Assembly: GCA_004431415.1 (NCBI GenBank)
Contig: QPMI01000228.1
Span: forward strand, 1 to 64,000
DNA length: 64,000 nt
Origin: Cyanophora paradoxa CCMP329
Taxonomy: Eukaryota; Plantae; Glaucophyta
Direction: 5' to 3'
Positions 22,154 to 35,237 of this stretch are shown here, one piece after another. A model generated the notes under the pieces. That model was not told the origin of the DNA. It ran no database searches and was given only the letters and a program-made list of their open reading frames with translations. Within the stretch, counting starts at the first letter, position 1. Each line of letters begins with the position of its first letter. The position numbers and the translations under genes were made by a program.

Positions 22154-25100
22154 CTAGCCTGCGGAGGCGGGGCCCGGGCCGCCCCCCGCGCCGGGGTAGA
22201 AGCCGTTGAAGTTGAGACGCAGCAGGAGCTCCTCCACTGCGGGGCAGGGTCAAGACCAAGGGGGGGCGGGGGAGGGAGGGGGAGGGGCCGGGGCGGGGCG
22301 GACGGTGGGGGTGGGAGCCGTGGCGGACGATGCGGTCGAGGACGAGGAGGAGGAAGCGGTTGATCTTGCGGAAGTCGCGCGCCACGCCCTCCAGCGCCGC
22401 CGCCACATTCCGCCCCACCGGCGCCTCCGTCGCCGCCCCGGGCTGCGCATGCCGGCGCCCGCCCCGTCAGCCCCGGCGGGGCGGGGGCGGGGGCGGGCGG
22501 GGGCGGGCGGGGCGCCTCCATGGCGGCCCAGCGCTCGAACTCGTCGCGGAAGCGGAGGACGGCGGCGAGCTGCTTGCGGATGCTCTCCAGCACCACCTCC
22601 GCCTTCGGCGTCAGCAGGCACCGGTCCCGCACCCCCACCAGGTACGCCTGCCCCGCCCCCGCTCGGTCAGGCCCGGCCCGGCAGAGGAGGGGGCGGGGGC
22701 GGGCCTGGTGGGCGGCGCAGAGCTCGTCGAGGTCGCGGGCGCGGCGCATGCGGGCGAGGCACTCGCGGAAGGCGCGCTCGCCGACGCCCTGCACCACGAA
22801 GGTGTACAGGTTCGTCACGAAGTGCTGCAGCTCGTGGTGCAGCAGCTGGTAGCGGTGCAGGTGCGCCTTCCCCAGCGCCCCGCGCCGCGCCGCCGCCGCC
22901 CGGTCCAGCGCGTGCTTCGCGCGGCGGATCTGGAGGAGGAGGAGCATGACGCGGTTGTAGAGGTCGAGGGCGGAGGGGGAGATGAGGATGGCGAGGGGCC
23001 CCGGGGCCTCGTAGGCGAGCCGCAGCGAGTCCAGCGCCGCCAGCGAGCGGTCCCGCAGCGCCGCCTCGGGCGGCAGGCCCCCGAGGGGCGGCAGCGGCGG
23101 GAAGGAGGCGGAGGCGGCGAGCGGCGCGGCGGAGGGTGGCGGGGCGGCGGGGTCGGGGAGGGCGATGTGGACGGAGAAGAGGGGGGAGAAGGGGGCGAGG
23201 CGGGGCGGGGCGGGGGCGTCGTGGAGGGCGCCGTTGAGGCGGTGCAGGTCCTGCCACGGCTCCCCCGCGTCCAGCTGCGGGGCGGCGGGGTCAGGCCGGC
23301 GACGAGGCAAGGGAGCGCTCGCCGGGGCGGGCCTTCTCGAAGAGGGCGGCGGCGAAGTGGTGCATGACGTCGCCGGCGGCGCCGAAGAAGTAGGCGCGGA
23401 GGGCGGCGAGGTGCTCGGCCAGGCGCAGGTCCCGCATGAAGAGGCGCGCCAGGGCGCGGCTCGCCCGCCGGCACTGCTCCCGCATCGGCGCCAGCAGCGA
23501 GCGCGACAGGGCCGCCTCCAGCGGCAGCCACGCGGGGCCGGCGGCCGGGCCCCGCCCCGCGGTGCAGCGCCGAGGCCGGCGTCGGGGGCGCCGAGGCGAG
23601 GGGGCCCCCACGGAGGAGAGGGCGGCGGCGAGCGAGCCGGGGCCGGGCCGGGGCGAGGCGGCAGGACTGGGCGGCGGCAGTGGCGAGCCTGCGGGGCGGT
23701 GAGCGGGGCGGGGCGCAGGTGCGGGGCAGGGGCGGCGGGGCGGACTCGGCGGCGGAGGGAGGGCCTCCTCGGCGATGCGGGAGCTGCCGGCGAAGGCGAG
23801 GGCGGCGGGGACCTCCGAGGGCGGCAGCGCCGGCGGCGGCGGCCCCGCGCCGGCCGGCCCCGGCAGGAGCCCGGCGCCCCAGTCGTCCCCCCCGCCCTGT
23901 GCCGCGGGGCGGCTGCCTCGCGCCGGGCCTCGGCGGCGGCGAAGAGGGCGCGGGCGAGGAGGTCGGGGCGGCGGGGCCGAGGGGGCGCGCGAGGGCCCGC
24001 GGCGGGCCCGCCCTCCTCCTCGTCCACGGAGCGGATCTCCGAGTGGCGGGAGCGGGCGCGCGCGAGGGCGCTCTTGACGGCGGTGCCGGGCGGGCGGGCG
24101 ACCGTCGCCGGCGCCGCCCGCAGCGCCACCATCGTCCGGCAGAAGCGCTCGTAGAGAGGGCCCTCCCCGCCCCCTCCGCCGCCTCCCCGCCCCGCCACGA
24201 CCCGTCCGGCGTCTTCGGCGAGTGCAGCGGCGGCGGCGCCCGCCTGGAGCCGCGTGCCGGCGGCCGGAGCGTCCTCCGGCGGGCGGCGGCGGCGGCGGCG
24301 GCGCGGGGCGGCAGCGGCGAGGGCGCCTCGTCCTCCTCCTCCTCGTCGTCGGGGCCCTCCTCGTCGGCCTCGTCGCTGCTGGAGGGGGCGTGCGGGGCGG
24401 CGGGGGCGCCCCAGAGGGGCCCCATGGCCTCGCGGAGGCGGGCCTGGCGGGCGGCGGCGAGGGCCGGCTCGCGCAGGGAGATGAGCAGCGCGAGGGACTT
24501 GCCGGCGAGCAACGCCTCCCGCGCCACGGGCGCCAGGAAGCCCGGCACCGCCTCCACCTCCCCCTCGGGGCCCTCCGCCGCCGGCGCAGCCCCCGCCGCG
24601 CCCTCGGGGGCCGTCGGGCGGTACGTGCGGATGCGGAAGGCCGCCGCCCAGTACTCCAGGGGCGTCGCCCGCTGCTCCTCGCGCCTGCCGCCGCGCACCT
24701 CAAGGCGGGGCGGGGCGGGGCGGGGCGGGGGGCGGACGCTTGGACGGGGAACTCGGCGAAGGGGTCGGCGGGGTCGCCGCGGTAGAGCCAGGCCTCGAGG
24801 AAGCGGAGGGCGGGGCGCAGGGCCGCCACCCAGAGCTCCTGCACCGCCCCCTGCAGCGCCCCGTCCCCCAGCAGCGCCAGCTCCCCCATCGCCTCCCACA
24901 GCACCGTCAGCAGCCGCCTCGTCCGCTCCGCCGCCGACGCAGAGGCTCCCGGCCCCGGCGGGCCCGGCGGCGCGGCCTCCGGCGCCCACGCCCGCAGGGG
25001 GCTGCGCTTCGCGGCGGCGGCGGCGGCTGCAGCGGCGGCGGCCTCGGCCTCGACGGCGGGAAGCCAGTCGGGCGAGAACACGTCTGCTCATGCGGGGTGT

Positions 25101-26876
25101 GAGAAGTGGAGATCAAGCAGGGCGGAGGGCGGGGGCGGAGGGGCGCACCCGGGGGCAGGAGGGCGCGGGAGAGGATGGCGGCGAGGGACTGCAGGCGGCG
25201 GGCGAGGGGCAGCAGGGAGCGCTGCAGGGCCAGCAGCGTGCGCCCCGGCTCGGCCGCCGAGGGCGGCGGGGCGCGCTGCAGCCAGCGCAGCGTCGAGCGC
25301 TCGACGGCGGCGACCGCGCGGCGGTGGGCGCGCAGGTAGCGCCCCACGGCCGCCGCCAGCGCCTGCGTCGTCAGGCCGTGCGAGAAGTCCGGCAGGGAGG
25401 CCCTGGGGAGGCGTCAGCGCGGGTGGGAGCGGGGCGGGGCGGGCAGAGGCGGGCCGGCGGGCGAAGGTGTCGAGGCGGGCGGCGAGGGCGCCGGCGGCGA
25501 GGAAGTCTGCGAGGGCGGCGTGCAGGGCGCCGGGGCTCGCGTGGAGCAGCGCGAAGCGGGCGGGGGCGCCCTCCACCGCCCGCCCCTCGAAGCGCCCGTG
25601 GCGCCGTCCAGCGCGAAGAGGCGCCCGGGGAGGCCGGCGAGCACGTGGCACGCCTCCCGCACCGCCCTGCCCGAGCCTCGGCGCCGGCGGGGCGGCGGGG
25701 CGGGGCGGGCGCACGTGGCCTCGGAGACGAGGATAGGGGCCGCGCGTCGGGGCCCGCCGCGTCGAACGAGAGGCGCGCGGCGCGGCTGGCGGCGAGCCCC
25801 GCCGCGAGACTCGCCGGCCGCCGCGCCTCGAAGGGGCCCTCGCCCCACGCCCGCAGCAGGCCCTGCTCCAGCCGGGGGTACGCCAGCACGTCCAACGCCG
25901 ACCAGTCCGCTGGCACCTCCTGCAGCGCCGCCGCGGCGCCGCGTGCTCCGCCGCCGCCGCCATGGGCGGGAGGGTTGGGCTGGCGGCGGGCGGGCGAGGC
26001 GGGGCTGGGGCGGGCTGGTCGGGGCCGGCGGCGTCGGCGGCGGCGCGGGCGAGGAGCTGCTCGGCGACCTCGTCGAAGGAGGCGTCGGAGCCGTCCTCCG
26101 CCCCCGCCCCGCCCTCCTCCCCACCTCCTCCTCCCACGCCTCCGCCGAGAAGGGGCCGACCTGCCCCGCCATCGTCGGCCCGGCGCTGGCCGGCGGGCGC
26201 GGGCGCGGGCCGGCGCACGCGCGAGAAGTCGAGCAGGAGGGACTCGCGGAGGGCGGCGTCGGCCGCCGCGCGGGTCGGCAGCAGCGGCGGCTCCTCCAGC
26301 ACCGTCGCCGGCGCCTCCGACAGCAGCTGCAGCAGGGAGAGCACCGCGTACGGCAGGTCCTGCGGCCAGTCGGGGCCCGCCGCGAGCGCAGGCGGCTCGG
26401 GGAGCGCACGGGCGTCGCGGGCGACTGGAGTGCCTCGGGGAGCGCCGCGCTCAGCTCCTCTAGCCGCTCCGCTCGCGCGTAGTGCCGGTGCACGCGCAGC
26501 TTGAATGACAGCCTGCGCGGGAGTCGGCGGCGGCGGCGGCGGCGGCGGCTTTTAAACTTGCGGCGCGGCGCACCCGGCGATGCCTTCGCGCACGCGGCTC
26601 GGAAGCGGCTCATAGAAGCTATGATTCCTGATGCCTTCGAGGGCCTGCTCGTACAGCGGATCGAATGCAAGGCTCGACGGCTGCGCAGAGTCAGCTGGGG
26701 CGGCGGGCGAGGGACGAGCGCTGGCGCGCGCGCTACCGCGGTCCCTTCCGCTCTGGGACAGCCCTAGCACGCCTCAGGCGACGACGAACCTTGATGCCCG
26801 TCAGACGGGCGACCAGCTTGTGCAACAGCGCCTCCGAGCGGCTCTTCCGTGCGAGGAAGAAGTCGGAGGACGCCAT
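22154..26876 (-). CDS. GCP5: Gamma-tubulin complex component, GCP5-like (Spc97/Spc98 family), multi-exon
   Basis: N-terminal ..HSF..P...YAVLSLLQLLSEAP; ALRFLEAWLYRG...DPFAEFPV; LAEHLAALRAYFFGAAGDVMHHF; LRLAYEAPGPLAILISPSALDLYNRVMLLLLQIRRAKHAL; C-terminal ELLLRLNFNGFY. Confidence 0.85.
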
Positions 26877-27200
26877 GCGGTGGTATTCGCCGCCGCGCGG
26901 CCAGCTGCGGGGGTACAGGCAGTAGCAGCCGACTCCACGGGTACAGCCTGACTAGGCTCCTAGGCTCCTAGGCTAGTCGCCCCAAAAACACGCGGCTCGC
27001 AGTGCATACCTGCCGGCAGCCGAAGTTCACCAGCGCCGTGAGTCGTTCAAGCACCCACTGCTCTCACGGAGACAGCGAGCCTCAGGGCCTGCGACCTGCG
27101 ATTCCGCCGGCGGAGTTCGGCCCAGCGACCGCTCCGAGCGGCCGGCGCAGTTGTTCGATCGGCTCTGTGAACCAAAAACTTCGTAACAAGGAGATTGCCG

Positions 27201-30200
27201 ATGGAGCGGATTTGCAAGCGCCTGGCAGTCGCCGGAGTGTGCGGCCCTCCGGAGGGCGGCGACAGCGCCTTTGACGCCCGGGCGCGTGATATCCTGGAGC
27301 TCTGGGCACGAGAGCTGGTCCGTAACACCCCACGAGTCTTCCGCTCTCCCAGTAGCCCACCCCATCCAACTAACTGCCGACTCCAGGTCGACCAGCGGCG
27401 CTATGTTTCGTTCACCCAGTGGGAAAAGTGAGTCAAATATCGCGTTTCTCTGGCCGCTGGAGTGCCCTGCGGGCGCTGCTAGGTCGCGCTATCCGTGGCA
27501 CGGGGAGGCTCTTAGGCGCCGAAGGGGGTCGCGGGCTGATCCGGGGGCCGGCAGCGACAAGGAGAAGATGATGGAGACGTATTTCATGCACGCGCGGACG
27601 AAGGACGACCTCCTGTACCTGAAGGAGTTCATGCGGTGCGGCCCGACTCCGCCGCCTGCGCACCGCACTCCCGCACGACCCGCTGACCGTCCCCCGCCCC
27701 GCAGCACCATCGGCCGGTGCGGGCCGACGAGAGCGCGGCGTGCGCGGGGCGCCGCGGAACGGGCGCTGACGGGCGGGGCGCGCAGGTCGGTGACGAGCTA
27801 CCTGGAGACGCTGTACGAGCAGGAGATCGAGACGCTGAAGACGAAGCTGCTGCTCGTCCACCAGGCCATGGAGGACTGCAACCTCCTCAAGTCGGTCGCC
27901 ATCGCCATGCGCAGTGCGCTCCCTCCCCGCGCCCCCGCGCCCGCGCCGGACGCCGCCGGCTCACGCGGAGAGCGCAGGCGAGTTCCAGGCGCGGCTGGGT
28001 GAGATCGAGGTGGAGAACAAGGTCTTCCGGGAGAAGGTGCAGGCGGGCGTCACGGCCGTCGTGAAGAACCACAACGACTCGATGGACGCCTTCAACCGGG
28101 AGATGGCGGAGGCGCGGGCGGAGATCCGGCGGCTGCGCTCGATGTGCGGGCAGTACGAGCAGAACATGAAGAAGGCCGGCGAGTGCGTCGAGGGCCTCCG
28201 CGTCGCCCTCCGCGCCTCGGAGCACGAGCGCGTGCGCCCCGCCCCGCCCCGCCCGCCACCCTCCCCCGCTTGCCCGCCGCCCACACGCGCCGCGCCGCAG
28301 GACGAGGCCCTGCAGCGCCTGCGGAGCCTCGGCGGCATGGGCGCCGGCCCCGCCGTCGCAGTCGCCGCGGCGGCCGCCCTCTCCTCGGCCGCCTCCAACG
28401 GCAGCAACGGCTCTGCCTCCTCCATGGCCCGCCGCATGCAGTGCGCCCCGCCCCGTGTCCGCCCCTGGCCCTCCCCGCCGCCCCGCTCAGCCGGCGGCAG
28501 GCGGGCCAAGGAGGAGCAGCAGGCGTACCCGCGGGGGAACCCGCTGGCGTCGCCGCGGTCGGAGACGGTGGAGGAGGCGGCGGCGCTGGTGGCGTGGGCG
28601 GCGGTGGAGGCGGCGGCGCTCGCCGTGGACGGCCCGGACGACACGATGAGCCTCTCCTCGGGGACCCGCTCCGCCGCCTCGGCCAACACCCCCATGTCCA
28701 TCTCCGGCGGCTCCTCGCCCCGCGCAGCCTCGCCCCACCCCGAGGACGCCATGAAGGACTCGCCCCCGGGCCGCGCCTCCCCGCCTGCGCCCGCCCCCGC
28801 CCCCGCCCCCGCCCCCGCCATCGTCAAGCCCCAGCCCGTCCCGGCCGTCAAGCCCCAGCCCGCGCCCGCTGCGGCCAAGGCTCAGCCCGTCCCCGCTGCG
28901 GCCAAGCCCCAGCCCGTCCCCGTATCCAAGCCCCAGGCGGCCCCAGGCGCGGTCAGGCAGGCATCGCCTCCGGCCGCAGCGGCGCGCCCTGCTGGCCCCG
29001 CGGGAGCCGCTGGCGCGGCCGCGCGGCCCGCCTCCGCGGCGGCTCGCCCGCCGGCGCGGCTGTCCGCCCGGCCGGCGCCCCGGCCCCCGCGGGCACCCCC
29101 GCGGCGAAGCAGGCCGCTGCCGGCGCGCCGGCGCCGCGCGCCTCGCCGGCCCGCGCGCCGGTGGCGATCCCGGCCCCTGCAGGGGCGACCCCGGGGCGTC
29201 GCGGACACCCGGGGCGGCGGTGGCGACGGCGAGGAGCGCGCCGGCGCCGCCGGGGCCGGCGCAGGCGACGGCGCGGCCGATGGACCGGACGGCGTCGGCG
29301 TCGGCGGCGCCGGGCCACCCGCCGGCGGCAGCGAGCGCGGCGATGGCCTCCGTCGGGGTCATCCCGCCCCTGACGCCGGCCCCCAGCAACCCGGCGACGA
29401 CGACGCCGGCGGAGAAGCGGGCGCTCGCGGCGGCGCAGGCGCGGGCGCAGGCGGCGAGCGTGAGCCAGATGGTGGAGGGGATCCGGAACAGCCTGAACCC
29501 GACGGCGGTGAACTTCGCGACGACCTTCCAGATCGCGCCGAGCGCGCTGGACCAGATGCTGACGGAGGAGGAGCGGCGCCGCGAGGCGATGGCCGCCCGC
29601 CGCCAGCAGCAGGAGCTCCAGCTCGCCTCCCTCCAGCAGCAGCAGCAGCAGCAGCCGCAGCAGCAGCAGCAGCAGCAGGCCGTGGCCGCCAGGGCCGCCG
29701 CCGCCGCCCAGGCCGAGGCCCAAGCCCAGGCGGCGCCGGCGGCGCCTGCGCCGCAGCAGGCGGGGCAGACGATCCAGATCACGCCGCAAATGATGTCGCA
29801 GATTCTGCAGGAGATGCCGCCGCAGGTGGTGCAGCAGATGATGCAGCAGCAGGTGCCCCCGCACGTCGTCCAGCAGATCGTCCTCCAGCACCTCCAGAAC
29901 AAGCAGCGCCTCGCCATGCAGCAGCAGCAGCAGCAGGGTGGCCCCGCCGAGTCCCCCAGGCAGCAGGCCCCGGCGCCGGCGCCGGTCGCGGCTGCGGCGG
30001 ACAGCGACGACGAGAGCGGAGCGTCGTTCCCGGCGATGCGGCGGACGCCGCCGCCCGGGGCGATGGTGGCGGCGCAGGCGAACTCGGGCAGCGGGAGCGG
30101 CAAGGAGCCGAGCAGCGACGACGACCTGGAGAACCCGTTCGAGGGGATGGGGCCCAACTGGAACCCCCTCGACGCCGTCAAGCGCGTCCGCCCCTCCGGC

Positions 30201-30215
30201 CGCAAGTTCCCCTGA
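27201..30215 (+). CDS. Uncharacterised coiled-coil protein with Pro/Ala- and Gln-rich C-terminal half, multi-exon
   Basis: Spliceable exons with host-like codon usage (DKEKMMETYFMHARTKDDLLYLKEFMR|TIGR|SVTSYLETLYEQEIETLKTKLL...), heptad pattern, poly-Q; stop at 30213-30215. Confidence 0.7.
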
Positions 30216-30418
30216 GCGTCCCCTGCCCGCACCGCGCCCCCTCTATCTATGTATGCAGTATTCTATCAAGCGTGTAGCGCGCGTAGCCTACAACTAGGCT
30301 AGGAGGTACAAATCACACAGCATTTATTCGGTCGCTTCTTCGCGCGGGTTTGCCTAGGCGCGGCTGCGATGGTTCGATTCGGCGGCGGTGCACAGGGCAT
30401 GTCAAGGGCGGTACAGGT

Positions 30419-33400
30419 TCAAGGGTAGCGCGGGGGGCCTTCGGAGCCGAACGGGGCGGGGTAGCCGTACGCGGCAAAGGAAAGGGTGTGGGGCGCGCCA
30501 GCGCTTGGGTTGGAGGGGAGCGGGGCGAGGGGCGCGCGTGGGGGCCCCGGCCCCGCGTAGCGCGTCTCCTTGCGGGCGTTCTGCATGCTCCCCTCGAAGA
30601 TCTCGACCACGTACGAGCGCGGCCCGCCGGCCTCGGAGGCGGCGCTGCTGTGTGGCGCGGCCAGGGTCGAGCGGCCCCCCGCCGGCTCCCCCTGCGAGCC
30701 CGGGGTCCTTTTGATCGGGCCGGGGCCGGGGACGGGGCCGGGGCCGCGAAGGCGGGCAAGGGGGGCGGCCAGCGGGGCCGGGGCGGGGGGCAGGAGGCCC
30801 CCACCCCGCTCGTGCCGAGGGCGCGGGAGAGCATGGGGCCGAGGAGGCCCCCGAGCCCCCCGCGGCGTCGGCGCCGCGGCTGCTGCTGCCGGAGCACGCG
30901 CATGCGGCGGCCAGCAGCCGGCGGCGCCCGCAGCTGCTGCCGCCCGTGCGGGCGCTTGCGGGGCGGGGCGTGCGATGTGGGGGCGGAGGCTGGGGCGGGA
31001 GGGCCCCCGGCCCCGGCGCCGGTGGGGCGGCGCGCATGGGATAATGACCAGCGCCTGGGGCGGGCGGCTCCAGATCAAGCGGGTCCTCGGCGAGTCGGGC
31101 GATCGCGGCGCCGAGGAGCCCGCCGCAGGCGTGCCGCAGCGAGGCGGGGCCGGCGGGGGCGCCCGCCAGGGGCGCTGCAGGCGGCTGCGTCTCGGGGGTT
31201 GGAATCGAGGGGCCGTGCAGCCAGGATATGCGGGGGGGTCCGGGGCCTCCGGGAGCGCCGCCCCCGCTCCCGCCGCGAGGCTGCTGATGGCCGCCTCCGA
31301 GCCCCCGGCGGGCGGCGCAGCGACGTCGACGGCGCAGCAGGCGCCCAGGGCGGCGCGGAGGAGGCCGCCCCGATGCAGCGGCGCGGCAGCACGCGCGTCC
31401 CGCGCCGGAGGGCGTGAGGAAAGAGGACCGGAGAGGAGCGATGGGTTAGGGGCCGGGGCAGCCGAGGGGCCGGACGCGGGTCTGGCCGGCTTTGGAAACG
31501 GCTCCGGTGGAGCTCCAAAGCAGAATCCGCCGCCGAACAGCTCCTGCTGCTGGGGTCCTCCCCGGTGGGAGCCCTGCCCGCCGCCTCCTGCTGCCCGCTC
31601 CGCCCGGCGCGGCTTCTTGAGAGGCGGGGCTGCGCTGACGTACTGGGCGGGGGCGAGCGGCGCGACGGGCGGCGACGGGGCGGGTCGGGGGACGAAGGAT
31701 TTCGAAGCGCGCGGTTCGGCCGCTGCCGCTATCGGCGGCTCCGCCTCGCCCACAAAGCCTGCGAGGGGCCCCTGCGGCCACTCCACGGGCGCCGCCGAGG
31801 CGGGAGGAGCCGGCTGGGCGCCGGCGGGGCTCGGAGAGGGGCGGGAGGGCCCGAGGAGGGCGGGGACGGGGCGCCGGGGCGGGGCGGGGGCGGAGGGGTC
31901 GAGGAGGAAGGGGGCAGGGGCAAAGAGGAGGGCCCCCGCGGAGGCGGCGGCGCGCATGTCGGCGAGGAAACGGGAGGCGGGGCCGGCGGGGCCGGCGGCG
32001 ACGCCGTCGCGCGCGAGGCAGTAGGAGATGCGCAGAAGCTCCCGCGCCCGCGTGACCCCCACGTACAGCAGCCGCCTGCGCGCACGTAGCCCGCGATCAG
32101 CCGCGCGAGGCGGACATGGCGGGGGGAACGGTCATGATCAGCGGACCGTTCCTCGTGGAGAGCAGAGGAGAGTGGGTCGTCGGAGCAGCTGCGGGCGTGG
32201 GGGAGGAGGCCCTCCTCGACCCCCGCGAGGAAGACGGCGCGCCACTCCAGGCCCTTCGCCGCGTGCAGCGTGCACACCGTCACCCCCGACCCCGAGCCCG
32301 CCGCCGCCCCGCGCCCCGCCCCCTCGCCCCCCCGCCGGCCCCGCTTGCCCGCCTTGCCTCGCCCGCGCCGCGAGCCCTCCGCGGGGGCAGCCTCGCCGGC
32401 GGCCTCCTCCTCGGCCCCGTCCAGCGGCGCGGCGAGCGGGCTGTTGCTGCCGTGGGCGTGCACGCGCCGCAGGAAGTAGGAGAGCGCACTCTGGGGCCCG
32501 GTGCCGCGTGAGACCACGGCTCGGGATCCAGCGGGGGCGGCGGACCGAAGCGGGGAGGGGATCGGGCGAGCGGCCGTCCAGTGCACCGGCGAGGGCGCAG
32601 GCGTACTCTTCGTCGCTGATCCCTGCGCGCGCGCCGCCGCCGTCGTCAGGCCTGGGGATCATGCTGGGGCTCGAGCGGGGTGGAGGGCGTACTGGCGACG
32701 AGGAGGAGCTCCTGGATGGCGCGCCAGCGCTGCTCGGCCGCCTCCGGCGTCGCCGCCCCGCGCCGCAGCTCCCGCTGCGCCGGCGTCAGCGGCGGGGCCC
32801 TCGGGGCGGAGGGGCGAGGGCCTGCGCGGGCCTCGAGCGCGGAGCGGTCGAGGGCGAGCTCCAAGGCGGGGCGGGCGGGGAGGCCCCGCATCTCCTCCAC
32901 GAGGCCCGCCAGGCGCCCCAGCGACGCCTGCGGGCCCGCCCCCGGCGCCCCCGCAGCCAGCCGCCGGGCCGCCTGCGGGGAGAGGTCAACGTCAAGCGCT
33001 CGCGCGGGCGAGCGAGGAAGCGAGAGGGGCGCACGGCGAGGAGGGAGGAGCCGTCGGCGCGGGCGAGGGCGGGCAGGCGGGCGGCGAGGCGGGGCCCCAC
33101 GCCCGGCGCGAGGGGCGACACGGCCTGCGCGGAGCCACTCGGCGAGGGCGGGTGGGGCGGGGCGGGCGGGCGGGCGAGGAGGCGGGCGGACGACGCGGGC
33201 GAAGGCGGCCTCGTCGGAGGGGTCCTCGGCGAGCAGCAGAAGGGCCAGCAGCGCCGCCACCTCCCGGCCCCCGAAAAAGCCCTCCCCCGCCCCGACCAGC
33301 CGGCACGGCACCCTGCGCGCCAGCGTGGGCGAGAGGCAGCAGGAGAGGGGCGCGGGGCGACGTGCACCCGTGGCGGGCCAGGCCGAGCTCGAGGGCGGGG

Positions 33401-34858
33401 ACCTGCGAGTGGGCCCGCACCAGCACCGCCACCTCCCAAGGGCGGCACGCGCCCCCGGCCACCAGCTCTGCCGCCCCCCGGCCCTCAGCGGGGGGGGCAG
33501 CGAAGGAAGGGCTGCGAGAGCGGGCACCGGCGATGGAGGACGCAATGAATTCGGACTCGCTTCGGGGATCCCCCGCCGCCTGGACCACCACCGGTTCCCC
33601 CTCCCCGTTCCGCGTGTGCAGCGCCCCGCCTCCACCTCCCGCCGCCCCCGCCGTCCCCGCCCCGCCCCTGCGCGGCATTTCGCCCCGGCGCCGTGCCGGG
33701 GGAAAGATGACGGGGGTACCGCATGAGAGCGGACGCGCAGGCGAGGATGTTCTGCGTGGACCGGAAGCTCTCCCGCAGGGGCACCACCGTGGCCTGCGGA
33801 CAAGGATCGAGAGCAGCGGGGAGGAACGGGGGTACAGAGCGCGCCTCGGGAAATGCTTGGCGGAAGGCGGCGAAGGGGTCGAAGGCGCGGCCGGCGGCGC
33901 GCCAGCCGTAGATGCTCTGGTCGGGGTCCCCGACGCCCGTGAGGCCGCCGTGCCGCCGCGCCAGCTCCCGCACGATCGCGAAGTCCACCTCGCTGCAGTC
34001 CTGGAACTCGTCCACGAGCACGAAGCGAAAGCGGGCGGCCCAGGCGCCCCCCTCCAGCGGGTGCTGCCTCAGGAGCTCCGCCGTCTTCAGAATTAGATCC
34101 GTGAAATCGAGGAGGCAGCGCGCATGCAGCGCCGCGGCGTACGCCCGCGCCACCGCCTCCAGCTCCGCGCTCGACTCCACCAGGTCCTCCGGCCTCGCCC
34201 GCCCCGCCAGCATCGCTTGCGTGCGCTGCGGCCGCGCTCCAAGTAAGCGGGTGCAGTCGATCGGCCAGTTACAGGCGCGTGCACGAATGCGCACGACCGA
34301 CTTCGTCCGCTCGATGTAGTTCGCGCACTTCCCGAGGGCGATGCCCGTCACCCCGCACTCCTGCATCGCTTCCCGCAGGACGGTCTTTGCCTCCGCCTCA
34401 TCGACGACCAACCAGTTCGGCGGGAGGCCAACTACGTGCCCCAACCCTCGCAAGACGGTCGCACACACGCTGTGAAACGTCCCGACCTGCACGCGCGAGG
34501 GGCCTGCCCCATGCTCCCTCAGCACCGCTGTAATACGCTCTTGCATCTGCGGATCCGGTCGGTTGATCGCGCGAGTGCGAGGCCCAAGAACGGCGCCCGA
34601 CCTCCCCCGCGGCCTTCTTCGTGAAAGTCAAGCATAGAATCGCGTCAGCTGGAATCCCTTCAGAGGAGATCATCCGTGCAACTCTGTGCGCCGCCACTCG
34701 CGTCTTGCCGGCGCCTGCGGCCTCCGCGAGAACCGCAGGTGCGTGAGATTTGATCTCGGGGTTGGCGCTCTCCGGAACGCACCGGGACCGGCAAGGATGA
34801 GCAGAGCGCGGTTTGGGGCGCCCACGGCCTCTTCCTGCGCCTCGGAGAGTGCGGCCAT
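30419..34858 (-). CDS. UvrD/REP/PcrA (Srs2-like) superfamily 1 DNA helicase, multi-exon, with long low-complexity C-terminal tail
   Basis: LSEAQEEAV...LLILAGPG|[85 protein letters not shown]. Confidence 0.93.
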
Positions 34859-35237
34859 GGCTGGCTTGGATTTTGTGCACAGCTGGGTTCGCCCGGTTGC
34901 CTCCTTCACGTCACGAGGTGCGGAAGAGCCCCAGAGCGTCTTGCGTAGGCCGCTCGCATGTCGAACTCTCTAGCTGGCCCAGCTTGGCCCGGGCTGGCCG
35001 CGATTTCCGGGTATCGCGTTCTTGAGAGGGGGGAGGAAGGGAGGGGGAACATCTCTAGCCTGACTTCACACGAGCTCGAGATCCACAGCCCAGCCGTGCG
35101 TCCTGCGTGCGGATCAGTAAGTGCCAGAGGACACCGCCTGACTCCATCAATCGTGCATGTGAGCGCTCAGTGCGTTGACCCGGCCGCGCGCGCCCCTAGG
35201 CCTGCATACGTGCACGATCTAAACCGTGAGCAGCCAA

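Noticed and set aside
30371-30382. Isolated B-box-like GGTTCGATTCGG
   Set aside because: Imperfect, with no tRNA fold or A-box
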